Below are positions 1-8,704 of a DNA stretch of 64,000 bases, piece by piece; positions within the stretch are counted from its first letter, which is position 1; every line of letters begins with the position of its first letter. The notes beneath the pieces are model-generated. The model searched no databases. It was not told the DNA's origin and saw nothing but the letters and a program-made list of their open reading frames with translations. Made by a program: the position numbers and the translations under genes. The stretch comes from Pseudomonadota bacterium. GTDB lineage: Bacteria > Myxococcota_A > UBA796 > CAJQPC01. Where the stretch lies: NCBI GenBank assembly GCA_024228935.1, contig JAAESX010000032.1, forward strand, positions 25,043 through 89,042. Reading direction: 5' to 3'.

Positions 1-430
1 TGTCGGTCTCGTCCGTCCCGAGCCCCGTCGCGTCGTCGGCGTTCGGCAGCTTCACCTGCCAGTCGAGCCAGATCGCCGGAGCCGCTCCTCGCCCAGACCA
101 GGCGCGAGCGGCGGTGCCCAGCCGGATGTCGCCAGCCCCGATCGTCCAGGTCTCGTGCCGCACGGCCAGGGCTTCGAGGCTCCCGCGCAACTCGACCGAC
201 GGGTGTGGGGCCCACGTGCCTCCCAGGACGGTGTGACCCAGATCCTGGGCCACCGAGCGGAAGACCGGGGTCCCATCCAGGGCTGCGCCGACCTCGAAGA
301 ACACCGTCGAACGGGCAGGATCCGCACCCCATCCCGAGGGGCCGCCGGCCGGCTCGGCGCGGGCGCTCGGGACCCCGCCCGTAGCCGCGACGAGCGCCGC
401 AAAACACAGGATTCCAGGAGGGCGTCGAAG
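1..430 (-). CDS. hypothetical secreted protein, N-terminal part only (gene runs off the left edge)
   Basis: Minus-strand frame absent from the ORF track because it is open to position 1 (codon first bases 430,427,...,4). Third positions are GC-rich. It reads RRPPGILCFAALVAATGGVPSARA-EPAGG (signal-like), then TVFFEVGAALDGTPVFRSV...WLDWQVKLPNADD. There is no ATG/GTG/TTG next to the hydrophobic segment (CTG at 409, ATC at 412, in-frame GTG only at 538 or 304), so the start is unresolved. Confidence 0.45.
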
Positions 431-543
431 GTGTGTTGGTGGCGTGTTGACGCTCCCTTGATAGGTCGGGTAGCTTAGCGCAGCCCTGGACCCCTCCCTG
501 GGATCCCTGGGCCTCCAACCGACCAGCTTCTGGAGCACTCTCG

Positions 544-1962
544 ATGCTCGACCAGCACAGCAAGCTCCCTCTCATCGTCCTCCTGGCGGGCCCGCTTCTC
601 ATTGCGGGCTGTGACAAGGATGGCGAGGACACGGGTGACCCCTACTGCCCCCCTGTGGCGTTCGCCGGACCCGACCAGTCGGTCGCGCTCGGCTCCACGG
701 CGGAGCTCGATGCCCTGCAGGTCGTCGAGCTCGACGACGGCACGTCCGAGGGCCCCAGCGGCTACCCGGCCGACTGTGCGCAGGACAAGTTCGAGCTCGC
801 CTACGTGTGGGAGTTCCAGAGCGCCCCGGTGGACAGCACCATCGACGAGGCCGGCCTGACCGACAACAACTCGTCGACGGCCTCGGCGTCCTCGTTCATC
901 CCGGACGTCGCCGGCACCTACGTGCTCAGCCTCGTGGTCAGCGACGACCTGGAGACCTCGACCGCCTCGGTCGTCGTCATCGACGTCGCCCCGGGTGACG
1001 CGGCGCCCATCGCGGACGCCGGCCCGGACCACAACGCCGAGGTCGACGAGCGCGTGACGCTCGACGGCTCGGCCAGCTCGGATCCGGAAGGCGCCGAGCT
1101 CGAGTTCAACTGGGCTCTGTCCTCGTCGCCGGAGTGTTCGTTGCTCGAGAGCGACGACATCTTCAACCAGGGCACCGAGACCCCGTCGTTCATCTGCGAC
1201 TGCGAAGGCATCTTCGTCATCTCGCTGGCGGTCAGCGATGGCTCGCAGTGGTCCGACCCGGACTACGCCAACGTGACGTGCTCGGCCGGCGACCAGCCGC
1301 CCATCGCGGACGCGGGCGACAGCTCGAACAACGCGCCGTGTGACGGCGACACCATCGAGCTCAACGGCTACGGCTCGTGGGACCCGGAAGGCGAGGTCCT
1401 GGTCTACGCCTGGTCCGTGGTCAGCGTGCCGGCCGACTCGGCCGCCACGGACGCCGACTTCGACGACGCCAGCCAGCCCGACCCCTCCTTCACGTGGGAC
1501 GTCGAGGGCGAGTACACCTTCCAGCTCCAGGTCTTCGACGGCACGGACTGGTCGGCTCCGGACGTCGTGACGATGGTCACGCAGGGTCTGGACGCGAACC
1601 AGGCTCCCGTCGCCAACGCCGGTGCTGCGGACTCCGTGTCCACCACCACCGACTGCGAGCGCCTCAGCTACTCCTCCTGGGACTGCGAGGACTGCCCGAG
1701 CTACGGCTTCGACCTCGACGCTTCGGCGTCCTGGGACCCCGATGGGGACGAGCTGAGGTTCGAGTGGAACGAGGCCACGGGCGAGACGACGATCGAGTCC
1801 CCCTACACCGCCGCCACCGAGGTCGAGACGCCTCCGGTCGCGGGTGAGTACAACACCGCCACCACCTACGACTGGAACTTCAACGTGACGGTCGCGGACT
1901 GCAACGACTCGGATGATGACGAGGTCACCATCTCGGTCACCTGCACCGGTGAGGGAGCCTGA
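544..1962 (+). CDS. PKD/Ig-like repeat lipoprotein
   Basis: 472-aa ORF with leader MLDQHSKLPLIVLLAGPLLIAGC (lipobox). It has four modules of the pattern P[IV]A[DN]AG..D...V.LDGS.S.DP[ED]G..L.[FY].W, typical of PKD-type beta-sandwich repeats. Confidence 0.85.
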   Translation: MLDQHSKLPLIVLLAGPLLIAGCDKDGEDTGDPYCPPVAFAGPDQSVALGSTAELDALQVVELDDGTSEGPSGYPADCAQDKFELAYVWEFQSAPVDSTIDEAGLTDNNSSTASASSFIPDVAGTYVLSLVVSDDLETSTASVVVIDVAPGDAAPIADAGPDHNAEVDERVTLDGSASSDPEGAELEFNWALSSSPECSLLESDDIFNQGTETPSFICDCEGIFVISLAVSDGSQWSDPDYANVTCSAGDQPPIADAGDSSNNAPCDGDTIELNGYGSWDPEGEVLVYAWSVVSVPADSAATDADFDDASQPDPSFTWDVEGEYTFQLQVFDGTDWSAPDVVTMVTQGLDANQAPVANAGAADSVSTTTDCERLSYSSWDCEDCPSYGFDLDASASWDPDGDELRFEWNEATGETTIESPYTAATEVETPPVAGEYNTATTYDWNFNVTVADCNDSDDDEVTISVTCTGEGA

Positions 1963-1963
1963 G

Positions 1964-3340
1964 ATGACCATGATGACTGCAGCCCTGGCGCTCTTCGCCG
2001 GATGTGATGGCAACGGCGACGACTCCGGTACCGTCGATCTGAACCAGGCCCCCGTCGCGAACGCGGGCAACGACCAGGTCGGCGTCGCGGACGCGAAGCT
2101 CTGTGTCGATGGCAGCGCGAGCACCGACCCCGATGGGGACGCGCTCTCGTACATGTGGGACTTCGAGTGGGCGCCGGAAGGCTCCGCGCTGACCAGCGAG
2201 GCGTTCAGTCCGAACAACTCGCCGGACGCGAACTCGGCCTGCTTCTACGCCGATAGCGCCGGAACCTACGTCGTGTCGCTCAAGGTCAACGACGGCAAGG
2301 CTTGGTCCGAGCCCGACTACGTGATGGTCGAGGCGACCCAGCCCGAGGAGGTCCCGGTCGCGGACGCCGGCGCCGACCAGACGGTGGACGTCGATGCCTC
2401 GGTGGCCCTCGACGGGTCCAGCTCGTACGACCCCAAGGGCGGCGACCTGACCTACTCGTGGACGCTCAACCAGTGGCCCGAGCTCTCCACGCTCGCCACG
2501 GCGGACATCGCCGACGCGACTGCGGCGGGCGCCTCGTTCACCCCCGATGCGCGCGGCGTCTACGTCCTGCAGCTCGTCGTGTGGAACGAGTACAACGCGT
2601 CGCTGGCCGATGCGGTCGTGATCACGGCGGTCGGTGACGACAGCGCTCCGGTCGCGAACGCGGGCGAGGATCAGGAGGGTGCGTTCGACTGCACCGAGAT
2701 CCAGCTCGACGGCGGCAGCTCGGTGGACCCCGACGGCGACAGCCTCCAGTTCTTCTGGGAGGTCCAGAACAAGCCGGCGAACAGCGAGATCACCAACGCG
2801 AGCTTCTCGGATCGCAATGGCGAAGCGCCGACGTTCTACGCGGACGTCGCGGGCACCTACGTGCTCTCGCTCACCGTGTCGGATGGCCAGAACTGGTCGA
2901 CACCGGACCTCATCACCATCACGGCCGGCGAGCGCGAGACGAACTCCGCGCCCGTCGTGAGCCTGCCGACGCCCGACACGCTCGACGCCGGCACCTCGTG
3001 CTGCGAGGCCAGCGGCTACGTCTTCAACTGCGACGACTGCACCGACCAGACGCTCCTTCTCGGTGCGGACGTGACGGTGACCGACGCGGACGGCGACCCC
3101 CTGACCTACCAGTGGGAGCTCGTGAGCGGCAACGGTGTCTTCACCGACGCCACCTCGCTCGAGACGTACCTCGCGACCGAGGACGCCACGGCCACCGAGC
3201 CCGGTGTCTGCGACGCGAACGAGTACGAGCTGAAGCTCACGGTCACGGACTGCACCGGCGAGGCCACCGAGGCCACGACAACGCTGACCGTCACCTGCTG
3301 CGGTGTCTCTCAGGACACCGGCGCCGAGTGCACGGAGTAG
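1964..3340 (+). CDS. PKD/Ig-like repeat lipoprotein (paralog of the previous gene)
   Basis: In-frame ATG one base after the upstream stop gives MTMMTAALALFAGC (lipobox). It has three to four modules such as APVANAGNDQ..VDGSASTDPDGDALSYMW. The N-terminal 17 aa of the track ORF (1913) overlap the previous gene and were trimmed. Confidence 0.85.
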   Translation: MTMMTAALALFAGCDGNGDDSGTVDLNQAPVANAGNDQVGVADAKLCVDGSASTDPDGDALSYMWDFEWAPEGSALTSEAFSPNNSPDANSACFYADSAGTYVVSLKVNDGKAWSEPDYVMVEATQPEEVPVADAGADQTVDVDASVALDGSSSYDPKGGDLTYSWTLNQWPELSTLATADIADATAAGASFTPDARGVYVLQLVVWNEYNASLADAVVITAVGDDSAPVANAGEDQEGAFDCTEIQLDGGSSVDPDGDSLQFFWEVQNKPANSEITNASFSDRNGEAPTFYADVAGTYVLSLTVSDGQNWSTPDLITITAGERETNSAPVVSLPTPDTLDAGTSCCEASGYVFNCDDCTDQTLLLGADVTVTDADGDPLTYQWELVSGNGVFTDATSLETYLATEDATATEPGVCDANEYELKLTVTDCTGEATEATTTLTVTCCGVSQDTGAECTE

Positions 3341-4149
3341 GTCTCCTTCTCCTGACCGTCGCGGGGGCGGCTGATGACGCCCCCATACGAACGAGCCTCC
3401 CCTGGTTGGGAGGCTCGTGTCGTGATGGGCGGTACCCCCAGCTCGTCGGCGAGTGGGCCGTGGGCTGCCTCGGACACGAGGTGAACCGCGTCGTGAACCT
3501 CGAGACGGGGCTGCAGCTCGAGCTCGAGCGAGCGGTCGAGGGCCCGGCGCTCTTCGACGGCGGCATGACGGGCGCGACCGGCACCTGGCACTTCCCGGTG
3601 ACCACGCCGGTCGACAAGCCGTCGCCCATCGAAGCGACGTCCGCGTGGGCGAGTGACGGAGCCCGGCACGCCGTGGCCACGAGCGACGGGGTCCTGGTGC
3701 TCGAGGGCAACCGACGCCGGCTCATCGAGGTCGAGGTCGCGCCTTGGATGCCTCCCGCGGTCGGCGAGGACGTCATCGCCTGGGTCTCGGGCGAGCACGT
3801 GTTCGTCGAGCGGGACGGGGAGGTCGAGGACCTCGGTCCCGGCTGGCACGTCGCAGCGAGCGCCTCGAGCCTGGCCTGGATCACGCCGGACGGCGTCTGC
3901 ATCGACGAGCGCTGCATCCCGACCGACGCCCATGCGAGCAAGCGCCTGTCGCTCGATGGCGACGTCGCCTGCTGGGAGCACTGGAACGGCTCGGACGTGG
4001 ACGTGTGGTGCTCCGATGGCGTCCGCATCGAGGGGCCAGGACACCAGCGCTCGCCGTCCCGCTCGGGGAGCCGGGTGCTGTACCGCGAGGACGGTCAGAC
4101 CTTGCTGTGGACGCTCCCGGAGCCCAAAGCAGCCATACTCCCGGAGTGA
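3328..4149 (+). CDS. hypothetical protein (start uncertain)
   Basis: The distal part of track ORF 2998..4149 looks coding (..GEWAVGCLGHEVNRVVNLETGLQLELERAVEGPALFDGG..VACWEHWNGSDVDVWCSDGVRIEGPG..), whereas the proximal part overlaps the PKD gene in another frame. Candidate starts are GTG 3328 (MHGVGLLLLTVAGA, signal-like) or GTG 3460 after the hairpin. The stop overlaps the next start (GTGA at 4146-4149). Confidence 0.6.
   Translation: MHGVGLLLLTVAGAADDAPIRTSLPWLGGSCRDGRYPQLVGEWAVGCLGHEVNRVVNLETGLQLELERAVEGPALFDGGMTGATGTWHFPVTTPVDKPSPIEATSAWASDGARHAVATSDGVLVLEGNRRRLIEVEVAPWMPPAVGEDVIAWVSGEHVFVERDGEVEDLGPGWHVAASASSLAWITPDGVCIDERCIPTDAHASKRLSLDGDVACWEHWNGSDVDVWCSDGVRIEGPGHQRSPSRSGSRVLYREDGQTLLWTLPEPKAAILPE
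3391..3418 (+). terminator. GC-rich hairpin after the second PKD gene (possible terminator, no U-tract)
   Basis: acgagcctccc-ctggtt-gggaggctcgt forms a perfect 11-bp stem with a 6-nt loop, 51 nt after the stop at 3340. No T run follows, and it lies inside the longest reading of the next ORF. Confidence 0.3.
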
Positions 4150-5957
4150 GGCGACTCCTTCCGCACGCGCTCGCCGTGGCGACGCTGGTGCTCTCCCTGG
4201 CCTGGGTGGCGACGCTGGGAGTCGACGAGGTCGTGGCCGCCCGTGCGCTGCGCGGGCTCGGTGGCTTGCTGGTGGTCGCGCTGTCCGCCGTCGGGCTCGG
4301 CGGGGCCGTCCTGCGCAGCTCGGACCTGGACGAGGCGGCGGTCGTCGGGCTCGGACTGCTGGTCCCGGCCCTGGCGCTGGCTGTCCTGGTCGGCCTGCCG
4401 CCGGGTGGGGTCGCCCTCGTCGCGTCGCTCGGCGCCCTGGGGTGGCTGCGGCGGCCCGAGGTCCGGCTGCCCGATCCGCCCCCCGCCGTCTGGCTGCTGA
4501 TCGTCCCGATCGCGGTGATGGCCGGACTCGACGCGCTGGCCCCGCCGAGCGACACCGACGAGATCTACCAGCACCTCGCGCTCGCCGAGCAGCTGCTGGC
4601 GGACCTCCCGACCGGTGAGCTGCGCCCGGATGCATCCCGTCCGCTGCCACTCCACCTCGTCTACGCGGGGGCGCTGGCGCTCGGCGGCGAGGTCGCTCCA
4701 AAGCTGCTCCACCTGGCCCTCGGGCTGCTGCTCGTGCTGCGGATCGAGGCCATCGTTCGCCGGCTGGGCGGGGCCTCCTGGCTCGCGGTGCTGGCCGTGG
4801 TGGGGAGCTACACGGTCGTGCGCGAGCTCGGGCTCGCCTACAACAACCTCCCCGTGGCGCTGTGTGTGGTGCTCGCGCTCGATGCCGCGCTGCATCGACG
4901 GGTCTGGCGCCTGGCCGCGTTCGGGGCCGCGGCCATCAGCGTCAAGTACACGGCGGCGCCCGCGCTGCTCGGCGTCTGGCTCGCGTACCTGGTGGCTGGC
5001 GGCGGGCTGCGCAGCGCGGTCCTGTCCGGCGTCGCGGCGGTCAGCAGCGTGATCCCGTGGTGGCTCCGGAACGCCGTCGACGGGCTGCACCCGTTGTTCC
5101 CGTTCACCGGCTGGCCCGCCCAGGACCGGTTCGAGTTCGCCTACATCGAGCGGTACGGCATGGGCCGCGAGTGGCTCGACTTCCTGCTGCTGCCGTGGAA
5201 CGCCACGGTGCACGCCCAGACCGACGACTACACCTTCCTGGGCCGCATCAGCCCGCTGTTCCTGGTGGCCGCGCTGCCCGCCCTCGTCGCCGTCTTCCGG
5301 GCCGGTCGGCGCTCGCCCGCCGCGGCGGTGGCGGTCGCTGCGCTGGTCGGAGCGCTGGGCTGGGCCGCCGGACCTCACTGGCTCCGGTACCTGCTCCCGA
5401 CGGTGCCCCTGCTCGCCGTCCTCGTCGGGCTCTCGGGCCGGGCGCTCCCCCGCTGGGGTGTCGCGGCGCTCGGACTCGTCGGGCTGGCCGGGCTCCCTTC
5501 CAACCTCGGCCCGTACCTCGAGCAGCTCGCCCCGGCGGTGCCCGTCGCGCTCGGCGCGGACCCCGAGCCCTACCTCCAGGACCGCGTCCCCGGGTACACC
5601 GCCGCCCGCTACTGCGCCGAACACCTGCCGCAGGACGCCGTCGTGGCCGTGCTCTTCGCCTGGCCCGGCTACTACGTCGACCGCCCGTACGTCCTGTCAT
5701 CCGTCGAGGACCACGTGCCGGCGCGGCACCTGCTGTACGTTCAGGGCGACGCGACCCTCGACGCCTTGCGGGCCGAGGGCGTCACCCATGTCCTCAGCGG
5801 CCGCGTGAACTTCATCCACAAGAGCTACCCCTTCCTCTCGGAGCAGGCGTTCGTGGAGCAGTTCCGCGCCCCCGAGAAGCAGCTGTCCGAGCTCCTGCTC
5901 GCCGAGGGGCGGCTCCTGTTCGAGGACGGCCGGTACGGGGTCTGGACGCTCCTGTGA
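4146..5957 (+). CDS. polytopic membrane protein, possible GT-C-fold (ArnT/PMT-like) glycosyltransferase
   Basis: In-frame GTG at 4146 overlaps the upstream TGA, and upstream of it the track ORF (3744) is Arg-rich noise. From there about 600 aa carry more than 10 hydrophobic helices, and DEIYQH follows the first helices (a DE-type loop as in GT-C enzymes). The function call is tentative. Confidence 0.7.
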   Translation: MRRLLPHALAVATLVLSLAWVATLGVDEVVAARALRGLGGLLVVALSAVGLGGAVLRSSDLDEAAVVGLGLLVPALALAVLVGLPPGGVALVASLGALGWLRRPEVRLPDPPPAVWLLIVPIAVMAGLDALAPPSDTDEIYQHLALAEQLLADLPTGELRPDASRPLPLHLVYAGALALGGEVAPKLLHLALGLLLVLRIEAIVRRLGGASWLAVLAVVGSYTVVRELGLAYNNLPVALCVVLALDAALHRRVWRLAAFGAAAISVKYTAAPALLGVWLAYLVAGGGLRSAVLSGVAAVSSVIPWWLRNAVDGLHPLFPFTGWPAQDRFEFAYIERYGMGREWLDFLLLPWNATVHAQTDDYTFLGRISPLFLVAALPALVAVFRAGRRSPAAAVAVAALVGALGWAAGPHWLRYLLPTVPLLAVLVGLSGRALPRWGVAALGLVGLAGLPSNLGPYLEQLAPAVPVALGADPEPYLQDRVPGYTAARYCAEHLPQDAVVAVLFAWPGYYVDRPYVLSSVEDHVPARHLLYVQGDATLDALRAEGVTHVLSGRVNFIHKSYPFLSEQAFVEQFRAPEKQLSELLLAEGRLLFEDGRYGVWTLL

Positions 5958-7600
5958 CGTGGGCGAAGCGCATCGGCGGCGTGGTCCTCGATCTGGTGCT
6001 CCTGGCCGTCATCGCCTGGGTCCGCTGGCTGAAGTGGATCGGCATCTCGGAGACCGAGTCGGCCGGGCCGAGCCGCGCACGCGAGGTCATGGACGTGCCC
6101 GAGTGGTGGTGGGACTGGGGCACCGGCGGGGACTTCGGCTTGTTCGGACCCGATGCGGGGAACTGGGCCGCGAACGCGCGCACCCTGGTCGAAGGCGGGG
6201 TGCCGGACCTGAACCGACTGCCCGTCCACGGCTGGGCCACGGCGCTGTTCGCCCAGTTCACTGGCGACTACGTGTTCGGCGGCCACCTGATGAACCACGC
6301 GGCGCTGCTCGGGACGGGCGTGTTCACGTACTGGCTGGGCCGGCAGACCAGCGGGCGCGGTCCGGCGCTTCTGGCCGGGGTGCTCGTGGTGACCTCGCCC
6401 ACGCTGCTCCTGGCCGCCCAGCTCTATGGCTCGGACCCCATCCTCGGATGCGTCGTCGCGGCGCTGCTCGCCTGCACGGTCTGGGCGGTCCGGGGCCCGG
6501 CGCCCGTCGTCGTGTTGGCCGGCGCCCTGGCGGGGGTCGTGATGGCGACCCACTACCTCGGACTCCTCTTCCCGCTCCCCTGCGCGCTCGCGATGCTGTT
6601 CCACCAGGGCGACTGGCGTCGGCGCGTCGCGGGCCCGGTCGTGTTCCTGGTGGTCGGTGCGGCCGTGTTCGCCTGGCTGATGGCGCCGTACCCCACCTTC
6701 TCGATGACCCAGGTGTTCTCGGTCTACTCCGAGGGCGTGCTCGGCTCGCAACAGGGCGGCGGCTCGGGCATGACCACCGCCGTGAGCTTCGTCGGCGAGC
6801 GCTTCGACGGCGCCCCCACCGCCGCCTTCCAGTACATGCTCGGCGCGGTCCACCTGACCGGCGTCCCCTGGGGCCTCTGCATCGCGGGCTTCTGGATCGG
6901 CGTGCTCGGGCTCGGCCTGCCGCCTCAGGACACCCACCGGAAGCTGTCGTGGGACTGGCGCATCGGGCTCTTCCTGTTCGTCCTGCTCATCCCGCTCGTC
7001 TTCCTCGAGGCCGCGCGGGCCCCGTTCCGGTACCGCCTGTACGCGTTCCCGCTGGTGTTCCTCCTCTTCGCGCGCGGCCTGGGGAGCGTGCTCGCGCTGG
7101 CCGACCTGGGTGTGCGGCGCTTCTGGAAGCCGTGGCCGGCGGGCTGGCTGGCGCTGGTGGCCTGCGGGGTCGTCGCCTGGGTGGTCCAGCCGACCATCGC
7201 CGCCTTCGCGCCGGGACCGGGGACCTGGGAAGAGGGCTGGTACGTCCGCCAGGTGGGCGAGTTCGTGGCCGACAACTACGGCACCGACGGGCCGGTCGTG
7301 TCGCGCTCCCAGGGCATGACGTTCCACTCCGAGCGGACGCTGTGCCCGTCCCGTCGCCCCCAGGGGTCCACCTCGACGCTCGAGGCGGCCAAGGCCGTCA
7401 TCGTCGAGCAGTGCCGCCCCACGGGCATCCTCCCCTACATCATCGAGTCGGGGACCAGCAGCGGGCCACAGGACGGGAGCATGCCCGTGCTCGATCGGTG
7501 GGTCGAGGACAACTACGAGCCCGTGCTCGAGGTCGACAGCAGCATGCGAACGGCCACCGTGTACGCCGTCCCCGCCGAGGCGTTCAGCGCCAGCCCGTGA
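5954..7600 (+). CDS. polytopic membrane protein, possible GT-C-fold glycosyltransferase (second copy)
   Basis: GTG at 5954 overlaps the TGA of the previous gene (GTGA). It reads VTWAKRIGGVVLDLVLLAVIAWV.., followed by many TM helices and a soluble C-terminal domain. The preceding 360 aa of track ORF 4862 are off-frame noise. Confidence 0.7.
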   Translation: MTWAKRIGGVVLDLVLLAVIAWVRWLKWIGISETESAGPSRAREVMDVPEWWWDWGTGGDFGLFGPDAGNWAANARTLVEGGVPDLNRLPVHGWATALFAQFTGDYVFGGHLMNHAALLGTGVFTYWLGRQTSGRGPALLAGVLVVTSPTLLLAAQLYGSDPILGCVVAALLACTVWAVRGPAPVVVLAGALAGVVMATHYLGLLFPLPCALAMLFHQGDWRRRVAGPVVFLVVGAAVFAWLMAPYPTFSMTQVFSVYSEGVLGSQQGGGSGMTTAVSFVGERFDGAPTAAFQYMLGAVHLTGVPWGLCIAGFWIGVLGLGLPPQDTHRKLSWDWRIGLFLFVLLIPLVFLEAARAPFRYRLYAFPLVFLLFARGLGSVLALADLGVRRFWKPWPAGWLALVACGVVAWVVQPTIAAFAPGPGTWEEGWYVRQVGEFVADNYGTDGPVVSRSQGMTFHSERTLCPSRRPQGSTSTLEAAKAVIVEQCRPTGILPYIIESGTSSGPQDGSMPVLDRWVEDNYEPVLEVDSSMRTATVYAVPAEAFSASP

Positions 7601-8702
7601 GCCGGGGGGCGTCGCTCGAGCCTGGGAACACCCGGCTGTTGAGCTCCTCGTCCGAGAGCTGCAGGTGGTCGTGCAGGACCCCCTTGAACACCGAGCGCAG
7701 GTCCGTGGTGCCGGCCAGATCGCGCCCGTCGGCCAGCCGCTTCAGGCCCGGCCAGTCGGTCAGCACCCGCCCGCCGCGGACCGGTCCCCCTGCCAGGAGT
7801 GCGGCGCCAGCGGTCCCGTGATCCGTCCCGTTCGTGCCGTTGGCGGCCACCGTTCGGCCGAACTCCGTGCAGACCATCACCACCGTGTCGTCCCAGGTCG
7901 AGCCGAGCTCCTTCGAGAACGCCGACAGCGCCTCGGCCAGGCCGGCCAGCTGTCGATCCAGCACCCCGGCCTGCCGCGTGTGCGTGTCCCAGCCACCCAT
8001 CTCCAGGACGGCGACCGAGGGCCCCGTCGGCGAGGCCAGCAGACGCGCGACCGACCGGGCCAGCGCCACGTCGGGGGTGTCCGCCCGTCGAGCCCGCCCC
8101 GTCGAGGCCTGCAGCTCCTCGCGGGCCTCGAGCCCGGCATGCAGGGCGGGGCCGAGCAGCTCGTCGTGGCTGTACAGGTCCTGGACCAATGCGAAGAACG
8201 CGTCGTCCGCCCGGATGGTGCGGGTGGGGTCGAGCGAGGCCACGTCGGCGTCGCCGCGCAGGACCAGCGGCAGGTCGCGGCCGATCGCGATGCCCCGACG
8301 ACGACCCAGGGCGCGCCCCAGCCAGCCGTCCGAGGCGCCGTGGGGCCGGTCGGTGCCGTTCTCGAGCAGGTCCTGGGCGTCGAAGTGCGAGCGCTCGCCA
8401 TACGGCAGGCTGACCGCGTGCAGCGGCAGCAGCTGGCCCGCGTCCCACATCGGCATGAGGGGGGCCAGCGCGGGGTGCACCCCGAAGAACCCGTCCAGAT
8501 CGATGGCGTCCTCCACCGCCAGGCCTTCGCGGGCTCGCTCGTGGTCCGGGTCGCCGTGGGGGACGAGCGTCGCCAGTCCGTCCAGGCCGCCGCGAAGCAG
8601 GACCAGCACGAACCTGGCGCTCGAGGCGCCCGCCCAGGCCGGTCGGGCCAGACCGACCAGACCCAGCGCGCCGAGGCCCGACAGGAAGTGACGTCGTCGC
8701 AT
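7584..8702 (-). CDS. DUF1501 family protein (Tat-exported, sulfatase-like fold)
   Basis: The internal ATG at 8702 gives MRRRHFLSGLGALGLVGLARPAWA (twin-arginine leader). It has SHFDAQD and TEFGRTVAANGTNGTDHG motifs typical of DUF1501. The upstream 142 aa of the track ORF are noise overlapping the next gene. Confidence 0.85.
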   Translation of the reverse strand: MRRRHFLSGLGALGLVGLARPAWAGASSARFVLVLLRGGLDGLATLVPHGDPDHERAREGLAVEDAIDLDGFFGVHPALAPLMPMWDAGQLLPLHAVSLPYGERSHFDAQDLLENGTDRPHGASDGWLGRALGRRRGIAIGRDLPLVLRGDADVASLDPTRTIRADDAFFALVQDLYSHDELLGPALHAGLEAREELQASTGRARRADTPDVALARSVARLLASPTGPSVAVLEMGGWDTHTRQAGVLDRQLAGLAEALSAFSKELGSTWDDTVVMVCTEFGRTVAANGTNGTDHGTAGAALLAGGPVRGGRVLTDWPGLKRLADGRDLAGTTDLRSVFKGVLHDHLQLSDEELNSRVFPGSSDAPRLTGWR

Positions 8703-8704
8703 GC

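Noticed and set aside
475-2217. 580-aa minus-strand ORF opposite the PKD lipoprotein genes. Similar long ORFs occur at 3310..4701(-), 4095..5624(-), 5825..7327(-), 14000..17428(-), 17512..19338(-), 19399..20733(-), 22002..24050(+), 25092..27065(-), 29162..31357(-), 39375..40967(-), 43457..45136(-), 50955..52316(+), 55612..57087(+) and 56967..58544(+).
   Set aside because: They are extremely Arg/Gly/Pro/Val-rich with no motifs, and they lie antisense or off-frame to genes that have clear family signatures and GC3 bias. These are typical shadow ORFs of a roughly 70% GC genome.
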